Of a stretch of DNA of 64,000 bases, positions 62,539-64,000 are shown one piece after another. Position 1 is the first letter of the stretch, and each line of letters opens with the position of its first letter. The DNA lies in assembly GCF_040938485.1 (NCBI RefSeq), contig NW_027270965.1, forward strand, positions 744,001 to 808,000, in the 5' to 3' direction. This stretch comes from Diadema antillarum (lineage: Eukaryota). The notes beneath the pieces were generated by a model, which worked only from the letters and a program-made list of their open reading frames with translations, was not told the origin of the DNA and searched no databases. Made by a program: the position numbers and the translations under genes.

Positions 62539-64000
62539 GTGAGTGTGTCGTAGGTTGTGGACAGATGATTGAGAGAGAAAATCAGGTGACCTGATACAGT
62601 AGGAGTATCAGGTGATCCGAGAGCAGTATCAGGTGTCAAGGGTGCAAGACTGCTATCAAAACTCCCAAATTGATGGCTTGGTTTATGTAATACAAATGTA
62701 TGATCCTAACTCATCAGTTATGATCATGACAGGTCAAGCATTTATTGGTCATTACTCTTTCTCTGTAATCTATCATTGGCATTTATACGCTGTACTCTGA
62801 AAAATCCATTTTGCAAAATTGTACATTGTGTATTGCAGCTTGTTACCCACTTGTTACTTGTAGACCAAGACAACAACAAAATGAATAAATACATGTAAGT
62901 AATAATAATAATAATAAGTTTATTGTCTTAACATTTTAAAAAAAGGAAGATAAGGTTGTTTTGTTTTTTTTTTCTATTTCCAAAATAACAGTTTTGCCCT
63001 GAAGACGACAAACCCTAACCAAGTCGTTTTTAAAGGACAGTACTGTACGAATTGTATGTACATCGTAGACAGTGCATGTGCGAGTTTCAGCAGCTAAAAA
63101 TAGCAAAAATCAAACAACATGATGTCTTTTTATCATTTTTAAAGAAAAGTATATTTCTTTTATACAACAGCAAAGAACAATGCAGGTGAGGGCTAGAAAC
63201 TTCTTTTTTTTATTATTATTACTTGGCCTTACCATGTCCTTTATGTCACAATTTTTTTTAAATAGTGCGTCATGATTTGTCTCAATGTCTATGCTTGCAC
63301 AAGTGGAAATTGAAGACTTTTCCAAAGTGTATTTGGTATGATTCACATTTGCGGCCTGATGCCTTTGTTTACAGTTTTAAGCCAGAGAATATAATGTAGG
63401 ATAATGTTCAAAACAGGACTTCACTGTCAAACTGTCGCAACACAAGAGTTGAGAACCATCTAGATAAATGCACTTCCATTTATAGAGGCTTGTTGAATTT
63501 TTGACCAACGTGTTCTCTCCCATTTCTCGCTACAGCCGCTCTGCAGCAAAGCCAGCCACCACCTGAAGTAAGTAATCGTTCTTGAAAAGCAAGGGGTTGC
63601 AGATTCCTTTGAATTGATATGTACCCTACAAATCATATTGCAAATGGGCTACTCCAGTTTTTGCAAGTGCTACAACTTTAAACAAGTCCCCTGTTTGGGT
63701 GTCGGTTTTGGCGTCAGAACAAGCTGTATCCTTCCCAGGGTGGTCCAGTACCCACAATCATCCTACCATTTTTATTTTGTGACTTGGAAACGTTAGTCTT
63801 GATATTGTAAACTAATATCAAGCACACATCAAAAGTACAAAGTGTTTCGGAGCTGGTATTGAGGACCCCACTCAAGGACCTGTGAAGGTATTGGGTTTTA
63901 GGTACTCTGTAGTGCTTGCCTAACCATACTTTTCAAGATTTAAATGCAGTGAATGAGCTGGAGATAATCCAAAGACAGATATCTTTCTTGGAAAAGAGAA

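Overview
Eukaryotic, AT-rich, repeat-dense window with an assembly gap at 496-679. The gene set, a SUEL-type lectin and the SINE/CR1/MITE landscape suggest a marine invertebrate deuterostome such as an echinoderm (inference). Five protein-coding genes were reconstructed by hand from splice sites and reading-frame phase. (1) A secreted two-domain rhamnose/galactose-binding (SUEL/RBL) lectin on the minus strand, with a signal-peptide exon and a TATA plus kappaB-like promoter. (2) TAF13 (+, 4 exons, about 133 aa). (3) An intronless RPP21 ORF starting 475 bp after the TAF13 stop on the same strand, with no canonical poly(A) signal between them: a candidate bicistronic unit. (4) A C6orf118-like gene (-, 7 coding exons, about 514 aa). 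(5) The first two coding exons of CSTF2 (+), head-to-head with gene 4. The rest is largely nested mobile DNA: L2 and CR1 LINE fragments, a split tRNA-SINE, many MITEs, Helentron-associated (HINE/pearl-like) elements carrying tandem arrays, and a 6.6-kb TIR-bounded composite in TAF13 intron 1. The most unusual items are the TAF13-RPP21 arrangement, a TSD-flanked fold-back insertion built from a 267-bp unit with an internal tRNA-like cassette, and two 34-35-bp hairpin micro-elements with 7-bp target duplications. All family assignments come from recognising motifs by eye; no database search was run.
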